Shown here: in pieces, positions 48,395-57,894 of the stretch
Layout: each line of letters begins with the position of its first letter
How positions within the stretch are numbered: position 1 is the first letter of the stretch
NCBI GenBank assembly: GCA_018433775.1
Contig: JAHDQN010000034.1
Coordinates: 20,479-84,478 of the forward strand
Reading direction: 5' to 3'
Source of the DNA: Deltaproteobacteria bacterium
Lineage (GTDB): Bacteria; Desulfobacterota; Desulfomonilia; UBA1062
DNA length: 64,000 bases
The notes under the pieces: model-generated
Database searches by the model: none
What the model was told of the DNA's origin: nothing
The model's input: only the letters and a program-made list of their open reading frames with translations
Position numbers and translations under genes: made by a program

Positions 48395-49305
48395 GTCATG
48401 TATTCTCCCTGGTACGGCATAAAATATCTCTCCATGTCCCTGTCTCTCATAATCCTTCCGTCGACCTCCACCTCAAGGGGGTGCAGGGCATCCCTGCCGG
48501 TCCCGATGAGCACGGACCGGTCCGCATAGAAGATGAGCCCGGGGGAGAGCTGAATGCCTTCCCGTACCCCTGCCCGCCAGAAAACAACCTTTCCGCCTCC
48601 CAGATACCCGAAGGCCCCGGGGTAGGGCCTGGTGACCCCGCGTACGAGGTTGAATATCTCCCCGGCCTCCTTCTCCCAGCAGATGCGCCCGTCATCCGGC
48701 TTTCTGCCGCCAAAGTACGAGCCCTTGCCGAGATCCTGGGGGACCCTCGGGATATCCCTGTTCCGGATCCGGGGCAGGATGCCGTCGAGCATGCGCGAGG
48801 CCGTACCCTCGAGCTTGGCGAAGAGCGAAAGCGGGGTGTCCTCCGCATCGATCGGCACCCGCTCTTGGGCTACGATAGGGCCGGCGTCGGGCTTCTCGAC
48901 CATCTCGTGAAGCGTGACCCCGGTATACTCCTCGCCCCTGATGATCACCCAGTTCACCGGGCACCTTCCCCGGTAAGCCGGCAGGAGCGATCCGTGAAGG
49001 TTGTAGGCGCCCAGCGGAGCGAGGTCGAGGATTTCTTTGCCGAGCATGGACCGGTAGTAGAAGCTGAACATGATGTCCGGCCTCAGACCGCGGATACGCT
49101 CGACCCACCCCGGTGTGTTGGGGTCATCCGGGCTCCCGCATTCGAGCGACAGGCTCCGGCACAGGTCGGCCACCGAGCCGAACCAGATGTTCTCTGATGC
49201 GCTGTCGGCATGGGTGAGCACAAGGGGAATCTCGAAACCGTGCCGCACGAGCTTCCGGATACCCAGAACCCCCATGTTGTGATAGGCGAACACCACTGCC
49301 CGCAT
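48391..49305 (-). CDS. arnA: UDP-Ara4N formyltransferase (ArnA N-terminal-domain equivalent, stand-alone)
   Basis: MRAVVFAYHNMGV..., NLHGSLLPAYRGRCPVNWVII (formyltransferase HxSLLPxxRG motif). Abuts the arnC stop. Confidence 0.85.
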   Translation of the reverse strand: MRAVVFAYHNMGVLGIRKLVRHGFEIPLVLTHADSASENIWFGSVADLCRSLSLECGSPDDPNTPGWVERIRGLRPDIMFSFYYRSMLGKEILDLAPLGAYNLHGSLLPAYRGRCPVNWVIIRGEEYTGVTLHEMVEKPDAGPIVAQERVPIDAEDTPLSLFAKLEGTASRMLDGILPRIRNRDIPRVPQDLGKGSYFGGRKPDDGRICWEKEAGEIFNLVRGVTRPYPGAFGYLGGGKVVFWRAGVREGIQLSPGLIFYADRSVLIGTGRDALHPLEVEVDGRIMRDRDMERYFMPYQGEYMT

Positions 49306-50232
49306 TCAGTAGATCCTCCTTATGGTATACGAAGGCCTGCGTTTCACCTCCCGGTAGATTCTGCCAACATACTCGCCCATGATGCCGAACGCGAAGAACT
49401 GTGCCCCCACAAGGAAGAACATGACGGCAAACAGGGTGAACACACCTTCGGCGGCCCATGATGCGCCGAAGTACAGGCGGGCCACGGACAGGAACGCGCC
49501 GAACCCGACGCCAAACAGCGCGAGGAAAAACCCGGTGTAGAGCATGAGCTTCAGGGGAAACTCCGAGAAGGAGGTGATGAGGTCGAAATGAAGGCTGACG
49601 AGCTTCGCAAAGGAGTAGTTCGACTCGCCTGCAAAGCGGTCGGCGTGTGAGACCTCGATCTCGGTGATGCGCTTTGCGAAGGTTGTCGCAAGCGCGGGGA
49701 TAAAGGTAGAGTGCTCCCGGCTGCCCACCATGCGCTCGACCACGTGCCTCCGGTAGGCCCTGAGCATGCAGCCCCAGTCGTGCAGGTCCACGCCCGTGAT
49801 CTTCCGGGTCACGGCATTGACCATCCGGCTGGTTACTTTCCTGAAGGTGGTGTCCTTGCGGCACGCCCTGATCGTACCGACCACCTCGTAGTCGCCCTCC
49901 TCCATGGTCTGCACCAGCCGGGGGATCTCCCGGGGCGGGTTCTGGAGGTCGGCGTCCATGGTTACTACGATATCTCCATCACTGCTCTCGAAACCGGCGA
50001 ACACGGCTGCATGCTGGCCGTAGTTGCGCATCAGCTCAACCACCCTGACCTTTTCGCCCGCATGCTCCTGCAGCACCTCAAGAGAGCCGTCGGTGCTCCC
50101 GTCGTCCACCAGCACGATCTCGTACTCGCGCCGCATGCCTTCCATGACCGGGATGAGCTGCTCGAAAAGCATCCGCAAGCCCTGTTCCTCGTTGTAAACC
50201 GGAATCACAATCGATATCTTGCCCAAGTCCAT
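49306..50232 (-). CDS. arnC: Undecaprenyl-phosphate 4-deoxy-4-formamido-L-arabinose transferase (GT2)
   Basis: ISIVIPVYNEE, IVLVDDGSTDGS, NYGQHAAVFAGF, TMDADLQNPPREI, two C-terminal TM helices. RBS GGAGAGGAG. Confidence 0.85.
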   Translation of the reverse strand: MDLGKISIVIPVYNEEQGLRMLFEQLIPVMEGMRREYEIVLVDDGSTDGSLEVLQEHAGEKVRVVELMRNYGQHAAVFAGFESSDGDIVVTMDADLQNPPREIPRLVQTMEEGDYEVVGTIRACRKDTTFRKVTSRMVNAVTRKITGVDLHDWGCMLRAYRRHVVERMVGSREHSTFIPALATTFAKRITEIEVSHADRFAGESNYSFAKLVSLHFDLITSFSEFPLKLMLYTGFFLALFGVGFGAFLSVARLYFGASWAAEGVFTLFAVMFFLVGAQFFAFGIMGEYVGRIYREVKRRPSYTIRRIY

Positions 50233-50362
50233 CAGCTTCCCGTATACTCCTCTCCGGAGAAAGTTCTCTCCTGCTCTTTCAAGCCGCCCACCTCGCTGGC
50301 CTGTCTTTGTCCCATGTCCCGTACCAGTGCTTCGATCTCCCGCTTCCTGATAAAAGGGTTGC

Positions 50363-51934
50363 TTATCGGGACGGGTTCACCATCCACAGCTCGATCTCTC
50401 TCTTGGCATCGCCTCCCACTCTCATGAGAAGGCTTGCCATGGAGGTGATCTCTCTCTTCAGGCCTGCGTCCAGCCTGCCCGGAAGCACGATGATATAGTC
50501 TGCCTCACGGTTGTTGATGGCCCTGATAAATTTATCGTCTTCCGTATAATTCTCCACCGGAAACCCTCCGTAGAAAGGCCCGAGGGCTTCTATCGTCTCG
50601 GTGAGCCGGTAGCCGATGACCTTGTGGTGCGACACCGCTTCGCCCAGATCAATGAAGAGCTGCTTGTAGCTTTTCAGCTGATCGATCTGACTGAAGGCGG
50701 CAGGGGTCCACAGAACGAGGGTCAGTGCCCAGCCCACGACGGCAAAATAAGGAAGGGACCGTCCACACCGCCTCCACACGAAAAGGAAGACCCCGGCATT
50801 GACGATCCCGATGCCCAGCGCCGCCCACCACGCGCCACCGGCCGCCACGAACCCGACGGGCAAGGCCACAGAGCAGGTGAGGATCAGTGCCGTTACGAGC
50901 CAGAGAAGTGCCCTTTCCCACGTGCGGGAACCCTCCGGTTTCCACATCGAAATCCACCGGCCGATGATGACTGCCATGGCCGGATACATGGGCAGGAAAT
51001 AGATTCCCCGTTTCGTAGAGGCTATGCTCAACAGGACCAGTCCTCCCAGGAACCACGAGTACAGGAACTTCTCCGTACCACCGGGTGCCCGTGTCCTGAT
51101 GAATGCCGGAACGAGCAGAATCGACCAGGGCAATGCATCGACGGGAACGCTCGTGAGATAGTAGTACAGGGGTCTGACATGGCCGCCGTGGTAGATGGTT
51201 CCGGGCATGAACCTGCCAAACTGGTTGTAGATATAGAAGGTATAGAGGAAGTCGTATCCTCCCCTGGCGTAGAGAATCCAGCCCCAGACGGCCATGAAAC
51301 ACATGGTGAGCGGAATTCCCCATGCCGCCCCGCTCTTCGCGATAATGCCGGCATCACGCTGCCACACCATGAATATGAGAATGCCAGCCCCGGGTATGGC
51401 GAGACCGATGATGCCCTTGGTCATGAAGGCCAGACCGATCATGATCCAGAACACGGGATATCCCCACCTCAGCATTCCCCGGTATGCAAGGATGAACGCG
51501 CACATCCCGGCCGTGATGAAGAAGACGAGTCCCACGTCCACGAGAATCTTGTGGGATGACTCAAAGAACCTCACGAAGGTTGCCAGGACGAGCACGGACA
51601 GTGCCGCCGTCTCATCGGAGTAGAGCCTGCGCGCGGTAAAGAAGACCGTCAGCAGCGTGCCGAAGGCGAACAGGAGCGAAGCAACCCTGCCGGCCTCCTG
51701 AAAATGCCTGCCGAAGAGCCTGCATGACGCGACCGCAACCAGGTAGTAGAGGGGCGGCTTTTCCAGGAAAGGCCTGCCCGCCAGGCTCGGTATGAGGCAC
51801 TCGCCCGTGTCGGCCATCTCACGCGTGATCTGGGCCTCGCGCGGCTCGTCGGGCGTCCAGAGCGAGTGGCCGAATACGCCGGTGAGCTGCAGGAAGAGGA
51901 CGAGAACGAGGGCTGCCCTGCCGATCGGCTTCAT
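50363..51934 (-). CDS. arnT: Ara4N transferase-like GT-C glycosyltransferase
   Basis: LWTPDEPREAQITREMADTGECLIPSLAGRPFLEKPPLYYL N-terminal signature, about 12 TM helices. First gene of the arn run. Confidence 0.8.
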   Translation of the reverse strand: MKPIGRAALVLVLFLQLTGVFGHSLWTPDEPREAQITREMADTGECLIPSLAGRPFLEKPPLYYLVAVASCRLFGRHFQEAGRVASLLFAFGTLLTVFFTARRLYSDETAALSVLVLATFVRFFESSHKILVDVGLVFFITAGMCAFILAYRGMLRWGYPVFWIMIGLAFMTKGIIGLAIPGAGILIFMVWQRDAGIIAKSGAAWGIPLTMCFMAVWGWILYARGGYDFLYTFYIYNQFGRFMPGTIYHGGHVRPLYYYLTSVPVDALPWSILLVPAFIRTRAPGGTEKFLYSWFLGGLVLLSIASTKRGIYFLPMYPAMAVIIGRWISMWKPEGSRTWERALLWLVTALILTCSVALPVGFVAAGGAWWAALGIGIVNAGVFLFVWRRCGRSLPYFAVVGWALTLVLWTPAAFSQIDQLKSYKQLFIDLGEAVSHHKVIGYRLTETIEALGPFYGGFPVENYTEDDKFIRAINNREADYIIVLPGRLDAGLKREITSMASLLMRVGGDAKREIELWMVNPSR

Positions 51935-52269
51935 GACAAGATCCTCGCATCAATGGTCCGAGTAGCCATATCTTTCATCAAAACAAGTCCTTTCCCGCTG
52001 GAGCGCCGCACACCTGTCCGGCCTCCGCCCCTGGAACGGGACACCCCATTCCCAGCGAAAAACACACCTTCATTGATGTCGAATATGGGTAATCGTCGAA
52101 GCTTACCTGGAGGTGACCAGGACATTATCACTCGGTAATGTCCTGTTGCATTGATGATCTATAGTATTAAAAAACAAAGCAACGCAAGAACAAAGCAGAA
52201 ACTCTTGCATCAGATTGCCTGCACGGCAAAAATCACAACGAAGCAGCCCGGTCTTTGGTTCCGGGCCCA

Positions 52270-53046
52270 TTATGTTGTTTTCGCGGCCGAGCTCGAAAGG
52301 GGTGTTTCATGGTCTTGTGCCCCGGGGCGCCTGCAGCCGCAATCACGGGAGTTGTCATCATGAGCCTCGGCAGGCATTTTTGTGTTGATCATTCTCCTGA
52401 GGATGATGATTGCGGCCAGGACCAGCACGGCGAACCCGACCTGCTTGAGGTTGCCCTCCAGGCCCCCGCTCCCGAAAGCGGCAAACACGACCGCAAGGGG
52501 CATGAAACCCAGCAGCGATCCCTGAACGTATGAGACGAACGGCACTTTGCAGCTTCCACAAAAAAGGCTCATGAGCGTGGAGTTCGAGAACGGGAAGAGC
52601 CTCCCATACAGGACCCACCAGAATGCATTCTCCTCTAACCGCTTCCGCCAGTACTCCAGCCGGCTTCCCATCCGCCTCTCCACTACCTGTGCGAGCAGAA
52701 ACCTGCCGGTGCAGTATACTATCGATGCACCCAGCAGAGATGCCAGGATCGAGAGCAGGGAACCGGTAACCGCCCCATAGACGATCCCGCCCACAGCGCT
52801 TGCCCACAGCCTTGGCACGCCCAATGCGATGATGCCTCCCCCGGCCAGAACGAACGCAAACACGGAAATCAGGCGGCCGGCATGCGAACTTCCTCCCTGC
52901 AGCAGGGAGCGGAAGGTCTGCACATCCAGAAGAAGCGTGCGGACTCCGGTTTTTTCCAGAATGAGTGTCGCCGCAACGAAGAATGCCGCCACCGCAGCCA
53001 CACGGCAGATGTCTCCGGCGAGCTTTCCGTCGAATCTGCTGCTCAT
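52270..53046 (-). CDS. TVP38/TMEM64 (DedA-superfamily) membrane protein, copy 2
   Basis: Paralogue of 38848-39570, collinear and roughly three-quarters identical by eye. ATG 53046 forms an ATGA overlap with the upstream GT2 stop. Confidence 0.75.
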   Translation of the reverse strand: MSSRFDGKLAGDICRVAAVAAFFVAATLILEKTGVRTLLLDVQTFRSLLQGGSSHAGRLISVFAFVLAGGGIIALGVPRLWASAVGGIVYGAVTGSLLSILASLLGASIVYCTGRFLLAQVVERRMGSRLEYWRKRLEENAFWWVLYGRLFPFSNSTLMSLFCGSCKVPFVSYVQGSLLGFMPLAVVFAAFGSGGLEGNLKQVGFAVLVLAAIIILRRMINTKMPAEAHDDNSRDCGCRRPGAQDHETPLSSSAAKTT

Positions 53047-53780
53047 TGCGATTTCCTCACCGTGTATTCCAGAGACCGCATTCTCAGCCAGGCAACTCCT
53101 GCCAGGTCGGCAATGCCGGCCCAGAGCCTGCTGTTGATACCTCTTCCATACTTGCTGACTCCCCTCAGCCGCGGGCGATGGTTGACCGGAGTCTCTGCCA
53201 CGGTATAGCCTGCCATGATCACAAGGGCGGGGAAAAACCGATGGGCGTTCCTGAAAAACCGGATACGGTGGAGACAGCTCCTCCTGAACACCCGCATCGA
53301 GCAGCCCACATCGGTAATACTGTCTTTCAGCACACCTGAGCGGACACGGTTTGCGACGAGGCTCGATAACTTCCGGAGAACGCTGTCGGCCCTGTTCCTC
53401 CTGATTCCGCACATCATGTCAATGCCTCTCGCCCTCAGCTCTTGGATCAGTGGCAGGATATCACGGGGATCATTCTGCCCGTCTCCGTCGAGAGTCGCGA
53501 TGAGCTCTCCCTGCGCAGCCTCGAATCCTGCCTCCAGGGCTGCCGACTGTCCGCTGTTGGGTGTAAGATGAAGGGTCCGGAAACGATCATCCTGCCGCGC
53601 GAGGGTGTCCATGATCTGCGGCGTCCGGTCCGTTGACCCGTCATTCACCATGATGAGCTCCCACATGAGCCCATCCTGTGCCGAAAGCACCTCCCGCACC
53701 TCTCCGCAAACGCTCTCAACGGATTCTTCTTCGTTGTAGAATGGTATAACCACACTCAGGACAACAGGGTATGCACTCAT
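53043..53780 (-). CDS. GT2 polyprenyl-phosphate glycosyltransferase (GtrB-like), copy 2
   Basis: LSVVIPFYNEEE, LIMVNDGSTDRT, NSGQSAALEAGF, TLDGDGQNDPRDI. Paralogue of 39567-40331. RBS GGAGAGG. Confidence 0.85.
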   Translation of the reverse strand: MSAYPVVLSVVIPFYNEEESVESVCGEVREVLSAQDGLMWELIMVNDGSTDRTPQIMDTLARQDDRFRTLHLTPNSGQSAALEAGFEAAQGELIATLDGDGQNDPRDILPLIQELRARGIDMMCGIRRNRADSVLRKLSSLVANRVRSGVLKDSITDVGCSMRVFRRSCLHRIRFFRNAHRFFPALVIMAGYTVAETPVNHRPRLRGVSKYGRGINSRLWAGIADLAGVAWLRMRSLEYTVRKSQ

Positions 53781-54071
53781 GGCGGTACCTCTCCATACTT
53801 CTCTGACGCGCTGTGGTCCCCTGCCCGATGAAATATGCAGGTTCCCCTTCTCTGCCTGTGCATCGCGATTCGGTGATGATGCCGGATCTCGGACGAGTCT
53901 GTACGACCCCGGGAATCAAGAGCAGGATGACCACTGATGCCACCATGATCATCCAGATCTTCAGGATTACGGCACCCAGGGTATTTTGTACCATGCATCC
54001 CTTATGGCGCATGTTGCTTGCAGGGAGCTTGTCGGAAGATTACGGGTGTGTAATGCGCGATTCCTGCTGGT

Positions 54072-55487
54072 TCAGCCAACGGGTACGGTAAGGGGGAGGA
54101 TGACGGTAAAGACGCTGGCCTGTGCCGGAGTGCTCTCCACCCTGATATCCCCTTTGTGAGCGTGCACGATGGCCTTTACATGGCTCAGTCCCAGGCCGTT
54201 TCCCGGTGTGGTTCGACTCCGGTCACCACGGTAGAACTGTTCGAAGACCCGTGGCAGGTCCTGATCCGCTATACCGATGCCGGTATCGGCAACCACCACG
54301 ACAGCATGAGTGTCCCTTTCCTCGAGCGACAGGGTAATACTCCCGCCGGCGGGAGTGAACTTGAAGGCGTTGTCCAGCAGATTAGAGATCATCCTCTGGA
54401 GCTGCGGGAGATTCCCCCGTACGAAAAGCCTCTCGCGGGGAACATTTACCTGGAAAGCCACCCCCTTGTCTTCTGCAATGGCCTGGAAGATTTCTTCCGT
54501 GCTTTCGATCAGCCTGCTGATATTCACGTCTTCTTTTATGGCATCCTGGACACCAGCTTCGGTCATGGCGATGTCGAGCATGACATTGATCATTCCCACG
54601 AGGCGATCGCTCTCTTCCACGACGATTTCGGCCATCTCCCGATAATCATCCACGGTCTGCTGCCGGCCCGTCATGGTGGTCTCGGCGATGCCCCGTATCC
54701 TGGTCAGGGGGCTCCTGAGATCATGGGCGATGTGGTTTGTCACATCCTTCAACTCTGTGACTACGCCGCGGATCCGCTCCAGCATATCATTGAACGCCTG
54801 CGCGAGATTGTTGATCTCTTCCCCCTCGTTTCCCAAAGGGACCCGGCTCACCAGATCCGCCTTGCCGATGCTCACTGCAGTCCGGGTGACCCTCTCCACG
54901 CCTGCCATGGCCCGTCTCGCCATGAACCATCCCATGACGCCGCCGCTCACCAGCATGATCATAACGGCCAGGGCGGAGCCCTCCCGGTAGACCTCCATCA
55001 GTTCCTCGTCGTCCTGCAGTGTGCTGCCTATCTGCAGGATTCCTCCTCCGGCAATCCTTTTCGATGCCACCCTGGCATTGTTGCTCTTCCCAGGCATCTG
55101 CAGGGTTTCGATCACCTCATCCCCTTCCCGGAGATCCTCCCTGCCTCCGGGCGGATGAATGCTGCCCCAGGAGCTCATATCTGTCGTCACCAGGACCTCG
55201 CCGCGAGGGTCCATAACCCGGATGAACATCCTGTTCGTCCCTTCCGATTCGATCTCGAAGTCGATCTGGCGCCTGAGCTCTTCGATGCCCCGGACATGGT
55301 AAATGGTCTCCATTTCCCGGATCTCATTCGTGAGATCTTCATCCATCCTGATGGCGAGACTCTTGGTGAGGGCAAGGGAAATAATCCCGAAAAAGGCGAC
55401 GGAGACCAGGGTGATCAGAATCGCATACCGCAGGGTGAGACGGGATGTGACGGTCTTGAAAAAGCTACTCGCGCTGCTCGAGCACAT
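54072..55487 (-). CDS. Sensor histidine kinase (2 TM, periplasmic domain, HAMP, HisKA, HATPase)
   Basis: H-box HIAHDLRSPLTRIRG. N/G boxes LLDNAFKFTP, DTGIGIADQDLPRVFEQFYRGD, GNGLGLSHVKAIV. Overlaps the RR stop by 23 nt. Confidence 0.9.
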   Translation of the reverse strand: MCSSSASSFFKTVTSRLTLRYAILITLVSVAFFGIISLALTKSLAIRMDEDLTNEIREMETIYHVRGIEELRRQIDFEIESEGTNRMFIRVMDPRGEVLVTTDMSSWGSIHPPGGREDLREGDEVIETLQMPGKSNNARVASKRIAGGGILQIGSTLQDDEELMEVYREGSALAVMIMLVSGGVMGWFMARRAMAGVERVTRTAVSIGKADLVSRVPLGNEGEEINNLAQAFNDMLERIRGVVTELKDVTNHIAHDLRSPLTRIRGIAETTMTGRQQTVDDYREMAEIVVEESDRLVGMINVMLDIAMTEAGVQDAIKEDVNISRLIESTEEIFQAIAEDKGVAFQVNVPRERLFVRGNLPQLQRMISNLLDNAFKFTPAGGSITLSLEERDTHAVVVVADTGIGIADQDLPRVFEQFYRGDRSRTTPGNGLGLSHVKAIVHAHKGDIRVESTPAQASVFTVILPLTVPVG

Positions 55488-56145
55488 ACCCCACTCCCCG
55501 TATGGTGTGGATCAGCTTTTTGTCGAACTGGCGGTCGATCTTGTCGCGGAGGCGGCATATGCCAGTTTCCACGACATTGGTCTGGGGATCGAAGTTGTAG
55601 TCCCACACATGCTCGATGATCATGGTCTTCGACAGCACGTTCCCGGCGTTGCGCATGAGATATTCCAGAAGGGAAAACTCGAGCGCCTTGAGCTCGATGG
55701 GCTTCCCCGAGCGGAATGCCTTTCTCTTGATGAGATCCAGGGTGAGATCCGCCACGGTCAGGACCGTGGTCATTCCTGTGGAGGAGGTCCTGCGCAGATG
55801 TGCCTGGATGCGGGCCAGAAGCTCGGAGAAGGCAAAAGGCTTGGTCATGTAGTCATCACCTCCCCGCTGAAGGCCTTTCACCCGGTCGTCCACCGTGCCC
55901 TTTGCGCTGAGCACGATGACCGGGAAGGTGACCTTGTGCCGGCGTATTCGTTCGATCAGAGAGAGGCCGTCAAGGCCGGGGAGCATGATATCGACGACAG
56001 CAATATCGAACGACTCGCTCAGGGCCAGGGAAAGTCCCGTGTCTCCATCAGGAGCATGCTCCACGACGAAACCCGCCTGCTTCAGCCCCCTTACAATGAA
56101 CAGGGCTGTTCGTTCGTCATCTTCAACCAGCAGGCATCTCATCAT
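55465..56145 (-). CDS. OmpR/PhoB-family response regulator
   Basis: MRCLLVEDDE...DIAVVDIMLPGLDG...KPF receiver domain plus a winged-helix output domain (LKALEFSLLEYLMRNAGNVLSK...IHTIRGVGYVL). Start at the ATG pair 56145/56142. Confidence 0.9.
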   Translation of the reverse strand: MMRCLLVEDDERTALFIVRGLKQAGFVVEHAPDGDTGLSLALSESFDIAVVDIMLPGLDGLSLIERIRRHKVTFPVIVLSAKGTVDDRVKGLQRGGDDYMTKPFAFSELLARIQAHLRRTSSTGMTTVLTVADLTLDLIKRKAFRSGKPIELKALEFSLLEYLMRNAGNVLSKTMIIEHVWDYNFDPQTNVVETGICRLRDKIDRQFDKKLIHTIRGVGYVLEQRE

Positions 56146-56331
56146 GTATCTCCATCGCTCGAGCCACAAGATCTCCAGTCCTCGCGACCCTGTTCCCAGC
56201 CTGCCTCTGAAACACCCACAGGGGGAAAGGCCGAGCTCGGGAATTATCGTTTTTGTCCGGCTTCACTTCCATATCCTGCACCTGGAGGTTCATGGTCCAC
56301 CTTGGATCACTGATTCTGCTACCGACATAGC

Positions 56332-57894
56332 TCAGCGGGTCTGCCGTTTCAAGGGGGAATACACGTAGTAGACCTTCTCCTGAACCGGGATCGTTTCGAC
56401 AAGGCGCAGACCCAGACGCGACCCGTCCAGAACCGAGGTGGTTATGACGGCTGCCCCGGCCGGGTTGACTTTCGGAATGGAGGCCTCTCCCTCCGGGAGC
56501 GGCCGGATCTTCCTTCCCGACGCCCAGATCAGTTCAGGAGACGGATCTCCGATGAAATAGAGTTCTCTGCCCTCAATCTCCGGGTTATCCCGGAGTTCCA
56601 TGAGTACGATAGTGCCGTCCCTGCCCAGGATCTCCTCCTTCAGCGGCGTGATCAGCACCAGACACAGACAGAGCCCGGCAACGACCACCAGATGGGTATT
56701 CCTGGTATGCTTCCTGATCAGGTTCGAAAGAATCACGCCGCCCGCGACCGTGAGACCGAATGCACCCGCGACCGCGGCAGGCGTATGATTATACCGGAAG
56801 ACAAGCATACCCGCGACAACCAGAAAAGCGATGCCCGAAACCATGCAGAAAGGCCCGTAGACGAGTTTCCACGCCCGGTCTCCAGTCTCTCGCAGGCGAA
56901 GGATCGCCATCGCCGAGACGGCAGCGGCCGGAACAAGGGCAGGCATAAGGTAACGGATCTTCTTCTCAGGAACTATGGAGAGAAAGACGATGGTCAGGAT
57001 GAACCAGAAGACGAAAAGCTTCTCACTCCTGCTCCAGCCCTTCCCGACAAGGGGAGCGACAGCCGCGTAGAGGAGAAAGGACAGCCACGGGCCCGTCACC
57101 CAGTGAAGATTGAGCAGGTAGTACCACGGTGGCTCACGGTGATAGGAGAACCAGTTGGCGGTCTCCCTGGATGCCACCGCCATCGCATCCTGTGGTGTGT
57201 TGAAGTACACGTAGAGAGGCCAGGTCCCGGCCAGGAGGACGGCGATGCCGGCTGCAGGGACAAACCACTTCATGTTTGCCTTGAGGTCACCTGCTCCGCA
57301 GGCCATCCAGTAGCCCGCCAGAAAGGGGATGAACATGGCCCACAGTGCCACCGGCCCCTTGCTGAGAAAGGAGAAGGCCATGAAAAACGTGAGCAGGAGA
57401 AGGTAGGGCATCTTTCCTTCCCTGCGTGCGAACACCTCTGCCAAGGCCCAGATCGCGCCGGCCATGGATGTGACGGCGTAAATATCCCAGAAGTTTCTCC
57501 TCCCGGTCCAGAGAAAGAGCTGGCCTGTTGCGAGCACGAGCACGGACGTGACGGCAAGCCTCCTGTCCCCGGTGATTCTCCTGACCACCAGAAAGGTGAA
57601 CAGGACGAGCAGGACCCTGCATATCCCTGCGGGAAGGCGATTGGCGACGAGGTCTGCATCGGTCCCGGCGGCTTTCATGGCAAGGGCGGTGATCCAGGTG
57701 GGCAACGGAGGCTTGGCGATCCTGAGTTCGCCGTTCATGGTCGGCAGGAGCCACGAGCCGTCCTGCAGGATCTCACGCGCGGTGATATAGTTCCTTGCCT
57801 CCATGTTGTTGACCGTGGGGAGATCACTGCCCACAAAAACGCAAACGAAAACTGCTGCTGTGAGAAGAACCATGCCCGGTATCCTGAACTGCAT
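56332..57894 (-). CDS. GT-C fold glycosyltransferase (ArnT/GT39-like), copy 3
   Basis: NNMEARNYITAREILQDGSWLLPTMNGELRIAKPPLPTWI N-terminal signature, about 12 TM helices, soluble C-terminus. ATG 57894 is preceded by GGAGAGAGGGAG. Confidence 0.8.
   Translation of the reverse strand: MQFRIPGMVLLTAAVFVCVFVGSDLPTVNNMEARNYITAREILQDGSWLLPTMNGELRIAKPPLPTWITALAMKAAGTDADLVANRLPAGICRVLLVLFTFLVVRRITGDRRLAVTSVLVLATGQLFLWTGRRNFWDIYAVTSMAGAIWALAEVFARREGKMPYLLLLTFFMAFSFLSKGPVALWAMFIPFLAGYWMACGAGDLKANMKWFVPAAGIAVLLAGTWPLYVYFNTPQDAMAVASRETANWFSYHREPPWYYLLNLHWVTGPWLSFLLYAAVAPLVGKGWSRSEKLFVFWFILTIVFLSIVPEKKIRYLMPALVPAAAVSAMAILRLRETGDRAWKLVYGPFCMVSGIAFLVVAGMLVFRYNHTPAAVAGAFGLTVAGGVILSNLIRKHTRNTHLVVVAGLCLCLVLITPLKEEILGRDGTIVLMELRDNPEIEGRELYFIGDPSPELIWASGRKIRPLPEGEASIPKVNPAGAAVITTSVLDGSRLGLRLVETIPVQEKVYYVYSPLKRQTR

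Noticed and set aside
50233-50362. 27-codon hydrophilic uORF (MGQRQASEVGGLKEQERTFSGEEYTGS*) between arnT and arnC whose TGA overlaps the arnC ATG.
   Set aside because: It has no RBS and no recognisable features. It contains the arnC Shine-Dalgarno sequence, so it is most likely fortuitous.
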